Shown here: positions 1-13,056 of the stretch, one piece after another
Position numbering within the stretch: position 1 is the stretch's first letter
How the letters are laid out: every line of letters begins with the position of its first letter
Source: Pocillopora damicornis
Taxonomy: Eukaryota
Length of the DNA stretch: 64,000 bases
NCBI RefSeq assembly: GCF_003704095.1
Contig: NW_020843402.1
Span: 1,054,001-1,118,000, forward strand
Reading direction: 5' to 3'
Notes under the pieces: generated by a model
Database searches by the model: none
Seen by the model: only the letters and a program-made list of their open reading frames with translations
What the model was told of the DNA's origin: nothing
Program-made: the position numbers and the translations under genes

Positions 1-25
1 TGTTTCATCATGTAACAACTATTAC

Positions 26-3000
26 CATATGGACTTGATGTTTGCCCCATCCCTCGAAGATCTGGGGCAATGACTCTGTATCCAGCAAGGGCCAGAGCTG
101 TGATCTAACATACACAAAATAACACCTTAAAACAGGCCACAACCCTGGACAAGTTATTGTAGAAACATCCCACTCAGTCTCTCTCACTATTCAGTTTTTT
201 TCAGGTGGTGTGATTTTTCCATTAATACGATAGACAAGGGGGAAGGGCAAATTTTTTCTAGACAATCGCAACAAGGAGAGTACATTGTAAAGTCTTAAAG
301 ATTGAAGATTTTAGCCATGATCAAGAATATAATAAAAGTATTGGACTGTACAGATATCAAGAATAAATCATAAATTAAAACTAATAATTAATAAATATTA
401 GGTAAGTAAAAGTAACTGTTCCAATTTCTGGTAAGGCTTACCTGATATTTCCAAATATACCACAATTCAGGGAAACCATGAAGCAAAATAACAACAGGTC
501 CATGTCCCATTTCCACATAATGCATCCTGATACCTGTCTACAAATACCAAAATCTTTATTAGTGACTCTGGTTATGGCTTTAGTGCTTCTTCTAAGTTGG
601 TTAAGAAGATTCCTGAAAATGCACTAAACAGTCTTTATGTAAGCTGTGTTTAGACAATCAGGTGGCATTTCCTGAAAAATTTGGGCTGGGCTAGACAAGA
701 AAAGAAACAAGTATTATTACTAATGTCTATGGTAACTGTTTTTTTTCTGGTTTCCTACAGTTGTTTTAAAGTTTTATAACATTATCTGCATAAAATATAC
801 TCCATGCATCCAGTAAAAAAGTCTACAAACAGTGATTTAGTAATTTGGGTCCTGAAGAAATCAAGTGTTACTCTTCAATTTAAAGGGTAATTGTAAAAAG
901 TAGCTCAACCTTAAGATTGATGTAGCAGTGAACAGCATCATGAGGAGCACAAGGTTCCACTGCATACTGCTGAAAAACCTACAGTGCACAGAGAAAACAA
1001 CATAAAGGTCAGTATAGTAATCTTGATTGAAAAGAGTCAGAGTCACTGATAAGTCTGTCCACCAATTGTACTGACTGTATCAGTTCTCATGCTTTGCACC
1101 AAGTTAAATCTGATCTTTCCTAACACATCAAACTTACATCAATTCCTGTTATCTTTTTAAGATCACTGAGAGCTGTAACAGGATTTTTCACAAGAATGGT
1201 TAACATTCCCATTCCTTTTGCTGGTTTGAGATTTTGAGGGGAATCATCCAGAAATATCACCTAGGACAGAAATAACAAATTAACATCATTTCACCCACTA
1301 CACTCTAGCATCAGAGTGTATATTCTCCAGACCATTCTCTATACATTTCCTAAATTGCTGATGAGGAGAATTTAGTCAACAATCATGAGCTTCTCTAGTT
1401 GAAGATCATAATTTTCTTTATTCTCATGACCTTTATATATGATTCAGTGATGATATTGCAGGGAGAAATTAGATGCTAGTCACTCTTAGGGTCAAAAGGT
1501 CGACACTCAGCAGTGAAAGGTAATATTGTCAACCCTCTCTAGCAAGAAGTCTTGAAAAAGTATAATTCCACATTCTTCCTCAAAACAGTCCAGCAAAAGG
1601 CTTAAAACGTGTTTGAGTTCAAGTCAAATCCTGCTATGCAGCAAGTTAACATGACAATGTTTGTCTTTGATAGCCAGAGCTGATACCTAAATGGCTTCTA
1701 TTGGCAATTTTCATTACTAAAAGTTGATTGAACAACATCAGACTTCATGGTATAATTTAGATGGAATACCACAAATATATGGCAGTTATATTGTAATATC
1801 TACAGGTATCATTAACCTTTACACTTTGTAAGAATCCCTTATATTCTCAACAGTAAATAAATATACACCTCTGAAGGTTGCACTCCCATCTTTGAGCAGA
1901 CATGTGTATAAATATCTGGGTCAGGTTTACTGAGACCAATTTTACATGATTCAAACACCTCATCAAAGTAGTGAAGTAATTGTGGAAAAGGCAATGATCT
2001 GAAGTTCTTCACTAAGTCGTTGGTCCAATTATTTGTCAGGATACAAGTCTTGATACCTGAAAATATGAGCACCATAATTAGTCAGATAAAAGTTCCTGTA
2101 ATTTAATCAAAATTATATGAATTCCTTTGTATATTAAAAGGCAACTTGAACCCTATGTCTTTGTAGGCCTTACCTCTGCCAAGTTCCAAAAGCCTAAATT
2201 CTCCTCATGAATGACAACAGATTTCTTTTTTAGCTGGTCCAGGGAATTTAATTCAACATTATTTGTTAATATCAATTGATTAGTTATTTATTTCAATCCT
2301 CACTACCTGTCTGATTGAGAGTGTGTTAAAATGTGAGAGGAATGTGCGTTATCTAACAAATCACTGCTATGAGTCAACTGTGCTAGGGAGTATAACAATC
2401 CAGATCAAAAAAAAATTGTCTTAATAGTTCAAGTAGGCCATTGCCACCTTTCTAAAAATCATTTTTACTAACCGTGCTTCCTCAGAGCTGTTGCAGCATT
2501 AAGCATTTCTGGAATTACTTTTGCTGATGAGGAGTACTCATCTATAATGTCTTGGAAGCTTATAGACTTGTAGAGATCACTCCCTTGTTTTGAAGCATAC
2601 TCTGCATACATTGCATCCATTTCAGAGCAGAACTTTAAAAAAAAATAATAATAAAACAAAAAAAGAAAAAAAAAAAGCAAAACAAAAATTTTGAACGGTA
2701 AATTATATATTCATATCCTATGAAGGAACACTAGTTTCAGTGTTTAAGGGGAGGCAGAGGGGAGGGTGTATGTACAAAAAGTATTTTCTTTCCCATTCCA
2801 TTCCCTCTCATTCCTCTTGTCTATCAGTTATCCCTTGGTAGACACTTATTTCTCACTTTGGCCTTCCTTTGCAGAAAACTCATGATGGCTGCAAAACTTT
2901 TCATACACTGAGTTCTACAGATAGAAATGATTATACACACCTGAGAAAGGGAAACTTGACCTGTTTCAAGTCTTTTTGCATTGTCAATGAAGCTTTTTAT

Positions 3001-3303
3001 TATCACCTCTCTGAAATTAAATAAGAAAGTTCGTCAAAGAATATTAACTTTAAGAAACAGTCAAGTCCAGGACTTTCGAGGCAATATTATGAAAGAGAAA
3101 CGACTATGCGGAAATTTGCTTTGATACTTTGTCTGTTTTTGTTTGTTTGTTTGTTGGTTTGTTTAAGACAACTTTCAAATCTAGAATGTACACAAAATTC
3201 CTAGCTACCTCGCAATTCCTTTTTCCCACGCATATTTCTGAAATGCAAAGATAGGACTTGTAATGATGACACCCCCGAGATCAAACATAACAAGCTTCAC
3301 CAT
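26..3303 (-). CDS. EPHX2: Soluble epoxide hydrolase (EPHX2-like; N-terminal HAD domain + alpha/beta hydrolase), 5' eight exons; gene continues off the left edge
   Basis: GT-AG exons 3303-3209, 3010-2941, 2632-2473, 2056-1869, 1260-1138, 978-910, 537-442 and 104-26 join in frame. They give MVKLVMFDLGGV..., LTNNW, ESCKIGLSKPDPDIY and VIFLDD (HAD motifs), then MHYVEMGHGPVVILLHGFPELWYIWKYQ and YRVIAPDLRGMG (epoxide hydrolase HGFP motif). Confidence 0.9.
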
Positions 3304-3541
3304 TTTTCAGCTGAGAGAATCCCCGTGACGTAATTTGCAAAACCTTACACTGTTCCTCACATTCATCTCAGCTGATGAGCCCAGCTGAAAGCTTTCATGA
3401 ACCTAATTCATTTGTAGAGAATATTAGCTGACTGCGGAATCAGGCCTCCTCGGGATCATAAATCTAAACCTCAATTTGATTGGATAAAAGAAATATAACC
3501 AATCAGCTACCCTTTGATATGTGTCATTGATAATACCCAAA
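3304..3541. promoter_or_regulatory. Compact bidirectional promoter between EPHX2 and CHM
   Basis: Divergent ATGs at 3303 (-) and 3542 (+) are 238 bp apart. CCAAT boxes occur in both orientations (gattgg ~3478, ccaatc ~3499), with a CRE-like gtgacgtaa at ~3325. Confidence 0.65.
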
Positions 3542-6500
3542 ATGGCGGAGGATAACCTTCCTGATGATTTCGATGTGATTGTACTTGGAACGGGTAGGAT
3601 CTGTAGTAAAATAATGGTGTAGATAAATTTTGACGGAAAAACAGTCTGAAAAGCTTTTTTTGTGTGTTACTGCAGTTATGGGGCCACTAAGGCGAAATTT
3701 CGATGAATTTTCTCGGAGATGAGGAAAGGGGTGTGCTTATCAACTTTGACCTCGAATTCCACATTGTAGTGTTAGTGCATCAGAAAGCGTATTTCGTAGC
3801 CAGTCTTATTTTTTTTACAAGGTTTCCCGGAGTCTGTGGTGGCAGCTTCTCTGTCAAGAGTGGGTCTGAAGGTTCTTCATTTAGACAGGTCAGTGACAGA
3901 TACACAAACATGTTTTCTCGATCCCAATACAGAGTTAAATTTAGTGCTCAGTTGATGATCCACATGCGTCGGTAATTAAACGTAGGGTGAAATTTCAGCA
4001 CAGCCCCATACTTCATTATGTATTCAGTTCTTGGATAGAGAAAACAATGACAAAAATAATACATTACCATTGGGAAAACAGATTTGTTTTACAATAGTAT
4101 GAGGCTGTGCGGAAATTTTACAAAACGTAGTTTTGTTCCTATGGTTTAGCTGAAGAACATCATGAAGTACCAAAGAACTTGTGTCTTTGGGTTAGTTGTG
4201 TAATTATAAATCAAGAAATTGTTCAGAGCCAGATCCTGTAGTGTAGTCTTAGGGTTCATAATTTACTACTCGAATCATACTTTTCTGGGTTTCAGTAGTA
4301 AGGACCAACAAGCTTGATTGCTTCTCCTCGTAGATATGATGCTAATTTTTCACAGATTAACTTCCTCTTGGGGTTTTCCCTAAGTTTCTTGTCCACTTTG
4401 CTGCCTACTCTGTCATAGAGGGAGGTACTCTGAGAATAAAGTTTTCATGAACACAAAACAATTTCCTCATCAGGGTCTAAACAAGGACATGGGAACCAGG
4501 ATTACACCAAACGTACATCATGCCACAAAATCTTCCATGTTACTAATAGCATGGATAGAGGTTGCATACAATTATAGTAAATGTAAAATTTGCTCATTAT
4601 TTGATCTAGGAAATTGTTTTTTTCCAGGAATGATTATTATTCTGGACAGTGGGCCACATTTACCTTTGACAGTTTGTTAAAGTGGATTGAACTCAACCAG
4701 GTAATTAAAAGGATTCTAAAATATATATTCCTTTATGCAGTATGCCTAATTGATTTGGAAAGTGTTTGATATAGCGATGATGATGCATGTAAATTAATTT
4801 GCAAAAAAATGTTTTTGATTGTAGGGTGAAACTCATGGAGGTGCATCAGATGAATCTGGTGCCCACAACAAGGAACCACCAAGCTTGGAGTCTGGTACCT
4901 TCTCAGTCCCAGTTCCCAGCCACTCTAACACAGTGAGCAATATAGTGGTTAGATCTTATTTTAGGTGAGTAAGGTATGTATTTGTTCTTTAGTGAGATAT
5001 TTTATTAATTAATAAATTGAAATTATGGAGAAAATATGAGTTCACAACTTAATGTAGTGCCAGTACTTAGCTTAAACTTTATCACATGAATATGGGGAAG
5101 GATCACCCAAAAAGATGGATGCCTCTTTTCAAACAGCTGTTTCTCTCCTTGTTCCCTGGAAAAGAGAAATCTTCAGTTCAAGTTTGGCTCAAACGCTATA
5201 TTTGCCATGACATTTGATGATAACATTTTCTTATTGCCTTGCTTACACTGAACTCTTTAAAACAATCAAAAATGATCAAAATTAAACTACTACTAAACTA
5301 CCTAGCAAATAGGTAATAAATCTGAAGAAGACAAACATATCATCCAATGGCTCTTATTTTGCTTAATTATTAATCTTTAAAATTAATGGTAGTCAGAAGG
5401 AAGAATTACTAAATAAATCTGATACTGGCAATCAGAAGGTTACAGTAGCCTTTTTTGAGACTATTAACTGTGACTTTCTATTAATTTTGTGCTTTGTTGC
5501 TTTAGTGAGAAAAAACAAGAGCAAGAGTTTGGTCTCTCTGAATCAAAGGAGGACTCAACACTTGAAACAGCAGCAAGCTTCAGTGAAGCTTGGAAATCTG
5601 TCGAGACCAAAGAGGTTAAACCAGTTCCATCTGGTGAAAATGACCCCTCAAAAGTAATTGCAGGTGCAGAAGGATCAGGAAATGAAGCTGAAGGTTTTGT
5701 AGATAGGCCATCAGATGATAGCCATGAGAAGTTGGATACATCTGACTTAAACAGTACTAGCAGTCCTACTCAGTTAGAAGAGAGTAATGAAACTCCACTC
5801 AGTGAAGAAAAAGTTTCTGATAAAGATTTTAAGGAGAATCATGATGAAGAGCTACCAACAGTAACAGATTCCAGAGATGGTCAAGAACTTTCCTCTTTGT
5901 CACAACCAAGGCATAGAAGTGAAAAGAAGCCTGCTATATGTCCTGACATGACATATGATGATCTGAAGCCATACTGGAGAAGATTCAACATTGATATATC
6001 TCCTAAACTTCTGTTCTCCAGAGGACCCTTAGTGGAGGCACTGATCTCGGCAAATATTAGTCATTATGCAGAGTTCAAAACTGTAACCAGAATATTGACA
6101 TACATGAATGGACAAGTAGAAGAGGTACCATGTTCAAGAGCTGATGTATTCAGCAGCAATGCAATATCTGTGGTGGAGAAACGAATGCTCATGAAATTTC
6201 TGACTTTCTGCCTTGATTTTGAACAACAGCAAGAGCAGTATGAAGGACATGAAAACAAACCATATGTTGAATTCCTCCAGTCACGCAGACTGACACCCAA
6301 TTTGCAGCATTTCATAATTCATGCCATAGCCATGGTCAAGCCTGAAACTGCAACAGTCATTGGACTTAAGGCTACGCAAAGCTTTTTACAATCACTTGGA
6401 CGCTATGGAAACACCCCTTTTATTTGGCCCCTCTATGGTGCTGGTGAGTTACCACAGGCATTTTGCAGAATGTGTGCGGTGTTTGGTGGTTTATATTGCC

Positions 6501-8020
6501 TTCGAAGAAGTGCATCAGAAATAACAATCAGCAAGGAAAATGGCAAGTGTACAGGAGTAATTTCTGAGAATCAGCTCCTGAAGTGTAAATGGCTGATAAT
6601 GGAGCATTCATATGTCCCAAACATTTACAAAAAGGAGTGCTGTCAGTTTGTTTCCAGAGGAGTTTTCATAACATCTAGTTCCTTGAAGATTTCAAAGGAG
6701 GAGTGCGTATCAGTTCTGTCTGTTCCTCCATCATTAGAAGGAGAAGAACCAGTGAGAGTCATTCAATTAGGGTCAGCCTCTATGGCCAGCCCTAATGGCC
6801 TCTATGTGGTCCACTTAGTCAGTAAAGGTGTGACATCAGCTAAGGATGATTTGGAAGCAACAGCAAACAAGTTGTTTCATTTTCCTTCTGAAGGTCAGTT
6901 TTATCATTTCTGTTGAGCAGTGAGCAGTGACATATGAATTCAGACCTGAAAGGAAAATTAGCCAAGTCCTTATTTGCAATTGGTAGTAATATTTTCCATC
7001 CTTGAATCTTAATTCTTTGAGCCCTAAGAGTGACTGGCATCTAATTCCTCCTTAAAATATCACCCCTGAATGACACACTAAGGTCACAACAATAAAGGAA
7101 ATGATCACCGACAAAAGAAGCTCTTGATTGATACACAAATTCTTCTTGTCACCGCCTTAGCAAATGTATGGAGAACAGTATGGAGAATATGCATAATGAT
7201 GTTAGGGTGTAAAGGGCTGAAGGCTTAATCTCACCTCTTCATTGTTGATCGACAGTACAGAACCCTTATAAATTTCCTTTTTATTTAAGGCAGTTACCTG
7301 TGATACGTTAAAATACACTAGAGGAGACTTATTATTTTATTAAATTATTGTTCTTTGCCATTTGTCTCAAAGCAGGAAACCTTCACAGCGACAAGCCAAC
7401 AGTTCTGTGGTCTTTGTATTTCAACCAATTTATTCCTGATTCCTCATGTGTTGTTGACTTGCCATCAAATGTACATGCTCTCTCGCTGCCTGGATTGAGC
7501 TTAGGATTTGGAGAGGCATTGCAGCAGGTACTGATAGCTTTCAGCTAAAGATATTGTCACTGCATTGTCTAAGGGATAGGTGAAACAATGTACAGAGAAC
7601 GATCAACTGGGAAACTCTGAATTGGACAAAAATTTGTGAGAGGGAACATAGAGCTGAAAATATTTAGGTAGGAGTTACTGGAACTATATCGAGGACATTT
7701 AAAAAGTTAGGATGTTTTTCTTTTTACAGGCTAAGGAAGTGTTCGAAAAAATCTGCCCTGATGAAGAATTCTTGCAGCCTGTTCCTAACCCAGAAGATAT
7801 TATATTGGATGACTTTCTACAGGATCCAAATCACAACACCCCACAAACAGACTTGGCAAATCCTCAGAACGATGATATCATAGACGGTGGAGAGGGGAGA
7901 GCGTTACATGAGCAAGCTGAGGGTGGGGATGGTGGGGACAGCCAATCAGTAGAAGAGAAAAATGAGAGCGGAACTGGAGCGACTTCTTCTGAACCGCAGG
8001 AACATTTGGCAAATGAATGA
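3542..8020 (+). CDS. CHM: Rab escort protein (REP/choroideremia; Rab geranylgeranyltransferase component A), 7 exons
   Basis: Exons 3542-3593, 3822-3888, 4628-4700, 4825-4964, 5506-6893, 7373/7376-7527 and 7730-8020 are in frame. Motifs: MAEDNLPDDFDVIVLGTG, VLHLDRNDYYSGQWATF, RRFNIDISPKLLFSRG, PCSRADVF, YGNTPFIWPLYGAGELPQAFCRMCAVFGG, VLWSLYFN, FLQPVPNPEDIIL. The long acidic insert and these motifs indicate REP rather than GDI. Confidence 0.93.
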
Positions 8021-8654
8021 AAGTAAATACATATGTTTTTGCAAAGGCTAAAAGAGACAGTGACATTCCTGAGGCCACATGGGGCTAGCTATCGGCGTTC
8101 CACTCTCCTCCACTGACCCGAGCTGGCGTTTTCAAAATGGAAGCTCTCTCGAAAGTTTCTTTAGGAAAATTTTGTTTTCGGTGACCGAATGATCAAAATA
8201 AGTTGGACGATGAGGCAAACCGATAAAAATAGGCCCCAGATTTATCCGAATGGTTGTGGACAGTGCTCAAACAAAAGCGTAAAAGGAAACCTTAGAAATC
8301 TGGAGAGTAGGATCTTTTCGAAATCGACTAGCTCTGGAAACGAGGATGATATTTTCTTATTATTATTTCATTAATGTGCCAACGTTCATATCTCTCTTCT
8401 TGTTTGGGAATCAAGCCATGAAATGGACTCAAGCAAGGAACATTTGACTTCAGTGCGAGACATTTCCTACAAGATTGTAATTTTTCTAATGAAATAAAAA
8501 CAGTTAAAACAACAACTAGTGAATAACCAGAAATTTGCAAAATCTGTAGGGTAATTTTTATCGCATACCCTCTTTACTGGACTCTTTCTAAGATTAATGA
8601 ATCCACTTTGCGGAATGTTTCAAAGTTTTGTTTTACGTTTCCGGTGTGTGCACG

Positions 8655-8733
8655 TGTCGGCGGAAGTGACCGAGACTGTCGGCGAAGTCACTATTATGTC
8701 GGCGCGTTGACCATTAGTGTCGGCGAAGTGACC
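8655..8733 (+). repeat. Four degenerate copies of TGTCGGCGAAGTGACC at ~21-bp period
   Basis: Copies start at 8655, 8677, 8697 and 8718. Confidence 0.75.
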
Positions 8734-9854
8734 GGGTACTTATAAATCTATTGGGAGTTATTATGCGGGCTAAAAAGAATACGAAACTCTGGGAACCTTT
8801 ACACAGTTTCTTCATTAAATCTGTTATCTCAAGTTAATTGCAAGTTTCCTTTGTTTGAAAATGAGACGTTTACTTTACTACAGCGCAAAATTTACATCCA
8901 CTCGAATGACTATGGTTCCATAGTTTCACTGTCCTTAGCTTTTTTCATGCTTGTTCATTTTAGTAAATGAGGAAACTCTGTAACTTAACCTCCCCGAGAT
9001 TCCTAACTAAATAGGCCATAAAGCAAGTCGAAAACAAGTATGTTTTATTTTTGTCTGTTGCCCACATCACATGGTATCCACGTGAATTTCACGAGCCATC
9101 ATAGGAAATCAGGGCTTTTCTAGGAAAACAGCTCAAAATAGATAAACTTATTATAAATGGTAAAGGCGGTTCAACGAATAACCGATCCTCAGGCAATGTC
9201 TTTTGTTTTCTTTCCTTCGAAAATAAGATCACGTATTAAAGTGGATGATGAAACCTTTTGCGTGGTTGGTTGCGACTGTAAACTCACTCTTTCATTCCTA
9301 CGCATTTTGCCCGATATCACGCACAGGTGATCGTATGATGTATAAAAGCATGTGACTTGAGGTCAATCCTCAATTATGCAATACGTGTATTACATAACAA
9401 AAAGTTTTTGTAAACTTGGATCCAAAACAATTTTATGGGATAGCATCGTAGTAGAAAAAAACATGCCAGAATCAACAAACGTCAAACTTATCTGAGATTT
9501 TGATGAACAATGAATATTATTTTTCATAAAAGTTGATTTAATTTGAGTTGTTTGTTGTTTATTTTGATTGGTAAAGAATTTTTACAAAGTCATATTTGTG
9601 GCATAAACATTCGTAGTGAGCAAAGTGTCCCCACAAGTTGCAAAAAAAGAAGAGTTTACATAAGCAATCCTTATTTGGTAAGGATGAGGGTGTTGTCCTT
9701 ACGTCATTCTGCAGAACAACTTAAACGACGTACCATATTTTTGTTCTATCAAACTTTTTCAGCCGGTGATGCCGGTTATCAATTACTCTCCCTCCAGCTT
9801 TAAAATCACCGCCGTTATCTTCCAGCTCTGTTTCTTAGTCATTTTATTTCGATC

Positions 9855-10844
9855 ATGAGTCAAACAAAGAAACAGCACTCTGCCATGGTACATTTCGTCG
9901 CTGGTGGTTTAGGCGGCTCGTTTGGTGCCTTCGTAACATGTCCTCTCGAGGTGATTCAGACGAGACTTCAATCTTCTGCGTTTCGGCTTCAACGAACAGC
10001 AAATCTACGCGTTTCTCGCAATATTTCGTCCAGTGGCCAAGCCGCAAATTTAAGTACAGCTAGTGTGGCTAACTCGAAGCTTAATGTTGCGGCGAATCGC
10101 TTCAAAGGAGTATTTTCTTATGGAAGGTACATGGTTCAGCACGAAGGGTTCTTTTCGTTGTACAAAGGATTGGGGCCCACATTACTCGGTGTCACCCCAT
10201 CAAGAGCAATTTATTTTGCCCTCTATTCCACAACAAAGGAGATACTGAACAAATCTGGCAAGCTAGTTGCCGATTCTTCACTTGTTTATATGACATCCGC
10301 GGCTATAGCTTCGTTTGTAAATCACACGGTTACAAATCCTTTGTGGTTCGTCAAAACGCGACTACAGTTGGACAACAGGGAAGCGCGGAGAGTAAATGCT
10401 TTCCATATAGTAAGAGATGCTTACAAGAGCGAAGGAATCAGAGCTTTTTACCGAGGACTTTCAGCTTCCTACGTAGGAATCTCAGAAACAGTAGTGCATT
10501 TTACGATCTACGAGAAAGTGAAAGCGAGATTGCTAAAGTTTCAACAGAAGACGCAAAGAGACCTGAATGTGATCGAGTGCATGCTGTCAGCCGGCGTTTC
10601 CAAATCCATCGCTGCAACTCTTTGCTATCCTCACGAAGTTGCACGAACTCGGCTACGTCAACAAGAAAGTGATTTCCTCGGAAAACAAAAATACAATTCG
10701 TTTCTTCAAACGCTGAAAACAGTTGTGAAAGAGGAAGGATGGAGAGGTCTCTATGGAGGTTTAGGAACCCACTTAATTCGACAAGTTCCAAATACAGTGA
10801 TAATGTTTTTCACTTACGAAGGAGTCGTGTACCTTTTGGAGTAG
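9855..10844 (+). CDS. SLC25A36: Mitochondrial carrier, SLC25A33/SLC25A36 (Rim2-like pyrimidine nucleotide carrier), intronless CDS, 329 aa
   Basis: Three carrier signature repeats: CPLEVIQTRLQ, NPLWFVKTRLQLD, YPHEVARTRLRQ. Family-typical LGVTPSRAIYF, SYVGISETVVHF and HLIRQVPNT are also present. Single uninterrupted ORF. Confidence 0.88.
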   Translation: MSQTKKQHSAMVHFVAGGLGGSFGAFVTCPLEVIQTRLQSSAFRLQRTANLRVSRNISSSGQAANLSTASVANSKLNVAANRFKGVFSYGRYMVQHEGFFSLYKGLGPTLLGVTPSRAIYFALYSTTKEILNKSGKLVADSSLVYMTSAAIASFVNHTVTNPLWFVKTRLQLDNREARRVNAFHIVRDAYKSEGIRAFYRGLSASYVGISETVVHFTIYEKVKARLLKFQQKTQRDLNVIECMLSAGVSKSIAATLCYPHEVARTRLRQQESDFLGKQKYNSFLQTLKTVVKEEGWRGLYGGLGTHLIRQVPNTVIMFFTYEGVVYLLE

Positions 10845-11023
10845 TTAATGCGTTCGCTTTAAATTGATCAGTAGTTCTTTATCAACAACAATCGTTGTTA
10901 AAACCAAATTAGTGCACCCAATTTGTGTAAGCTGATGTAGTATGATACTAGCGCGTAAGTAGATTAAATTTTTGTCAATTATCATCATTTAAAATTTCAA
11001 GTTCAAGGAAATTTCCTGGGGGG

Positions 11024-11143
11024 NNNNNNNNNNNNNNNNNNNNNNNNNNNNNNNNNNNNNNNNNNNNNNNNNNNNNNNNNNNNNNNNNNNNNNNNNNNNN
11101 NNNNNNNNNNNNNNNNNNNNNNNNNNNNNNNNNNNNNNNNNNN
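11024..11143. other. Assembly gap (120 N)
   Basis: Run of N. Confidence 1.
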
Positions 11144-12856
11144 AGGTGATAAATATTTAAATAAATTAGATTGTTCTTTTAGTTCAGGAGTTGCTATGGG
11201 TTGCAACTGAAGTCTTGGGAATGATATTGATCAAAAGTAACCATTTGTTTATTCAAGATTACATAGCTCAGGTCAGTAAATGCCAAGAATGATATATCAA
11301 ATAGGTAGATGTGTTCTAAATCTTAATTCTTGAAAAAAGACTCACTCAAAAAAATAAACTTGGTGAGAGTGTTCTTTCAGAAAGAGCATATGAAATAATT
11401 TTGTTTTCTCCTCTCAGGAAAGGTATCAGCAAAGCATTAATCATTTCGGTTTGCCCTTTTTTTTCATTCTTTTATTTTTCTTTTAAAAAAATGTGAAGTG
11501 AATGGTTTATTTGGAAAGATGCATGAATTAGCTTCCTCGCTTAATTACTGCGTAATCATGTATGTTTTCTTAGAAAACCCTATTCATCTGATTTTTCTCT
11601 TGACCTTTGCTAAGTGCAATTGATTCTTCCCAGATGTACGCAAATGGTTCAGTGTAAATATTTATATTTCGTGTTGTGGTCTACATGAAATTATGTCTCA
11701 TGTAAATATAAGGTCAAGGTAATGAGGTGTTTGGAAGAAGTTGCATTTTGATATTTTCTAAATAAATATCAATAAAATATTTTCTCAATAAATATTTTGT
11801 AGACAGGGTGGGTAGGTAATGTTGAGTACTGGTCAGGGGAGTGGGAAGGGTGAAAGAGTTGAACTGAACTATTATTGGCAGAAGAAACTATTTATACTGT
11901 TGCAGGTGAGAGTAGCCCTGGAAAGAGTTTTGCTTATTAATTACTGCTAAGAATTTATATTTCATGAGGACTTTTGTTATTAAAGTGAATAAATACCTTT
12001 CACAACTGCTTAGTTGATGAATATATTTCTAATGTATGGATTGGTTACAGACAAAAATATTTGGAAACCTCACAAAAGTGTTTTCTGAATCATGACTGTT
12101 ATTACTGACTCCAGCAAGCTATGAAATAGCCAAAAACCATTTGTCCATTCCTCAGCTTGAAGTTCTTCCCAAGTTGTTTTCAAGTAAAGAATTCCTTTTA
12201 TTATTTTTCACAATCACTTATTACTGTCAAAGGGAATTATTTCTACTCTTGCCTTCTATGGCTCTGATTACATTCACATTCTTAAATGTAAACCAGTATT
12301 AATGATTTTTTCTTTATAGCTTTTTCCTTTCCTCACGTTCACTGCTCATCTGAGAACTGCAACTTAGTTTAAGGGAATCACAGTGTGCATGTCTACATTT
12401 CAACCTATTATTATAGTATACTAAGTGACAGCTGGGTGACACAGTCAACCTCGTATCCAGGTCCTTTTTCCGTTCGCCCCAAACGAAGGGGCTGGGGACG
12501 AGTTTTTGACACGGTTTGATCCTCCTCCCCTTGAAAAATCCAAGCCACACCCCTGCTTTTTGTGTTCATAGGCCTTAGTTATGATGTTACAGAGGACGTA
12601 AAATCCCAAAAAGGCTTGGTGACTTCTCTTTATTGATATCGGGGGTGCAAAATCAACTTCGTTCTCAAGGTCCCCTTTCCTTCAAGTTCCTCGCGGAAGG
12701 AGGAGGAGGGGGAGGAGAGAGGACGATGTTGGGATGTAAAAACCCACTTGCAGACAATAACCGCTCAAACACTGTCACATGATCTGTCCGAGGAAATTGA
12801 AACAAGGCAGCTAAGATCTTTTGTTTAAAAAAATGTCGTTGGAAAACTTTCTTTAG

Positions 12857-13023
12857 AATGGAGAGGGTAAGTTTCCAGAAAAAATGTGGTGCTGCGTCGA
12901 TAGGAGAGTATAACGGGGTAATCTGGTATTATCAACTGAAATGATAACTGAATTGCCACCTTAGTTTCAAAGCCCTTCCTCAGAGCGAATAGCTCTTAGT
13001 GTTAGCCCTTCGTGCATTTGCTC

Positions 13024-13056
<33 letters not shown>

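Noticed and set aside
3368-3395. CTGATGAgcccagctGAAAgc resembling a hammerhead core in the promoter
   Set aside because: No convincing stem II or matching stems I and III; likely chance.
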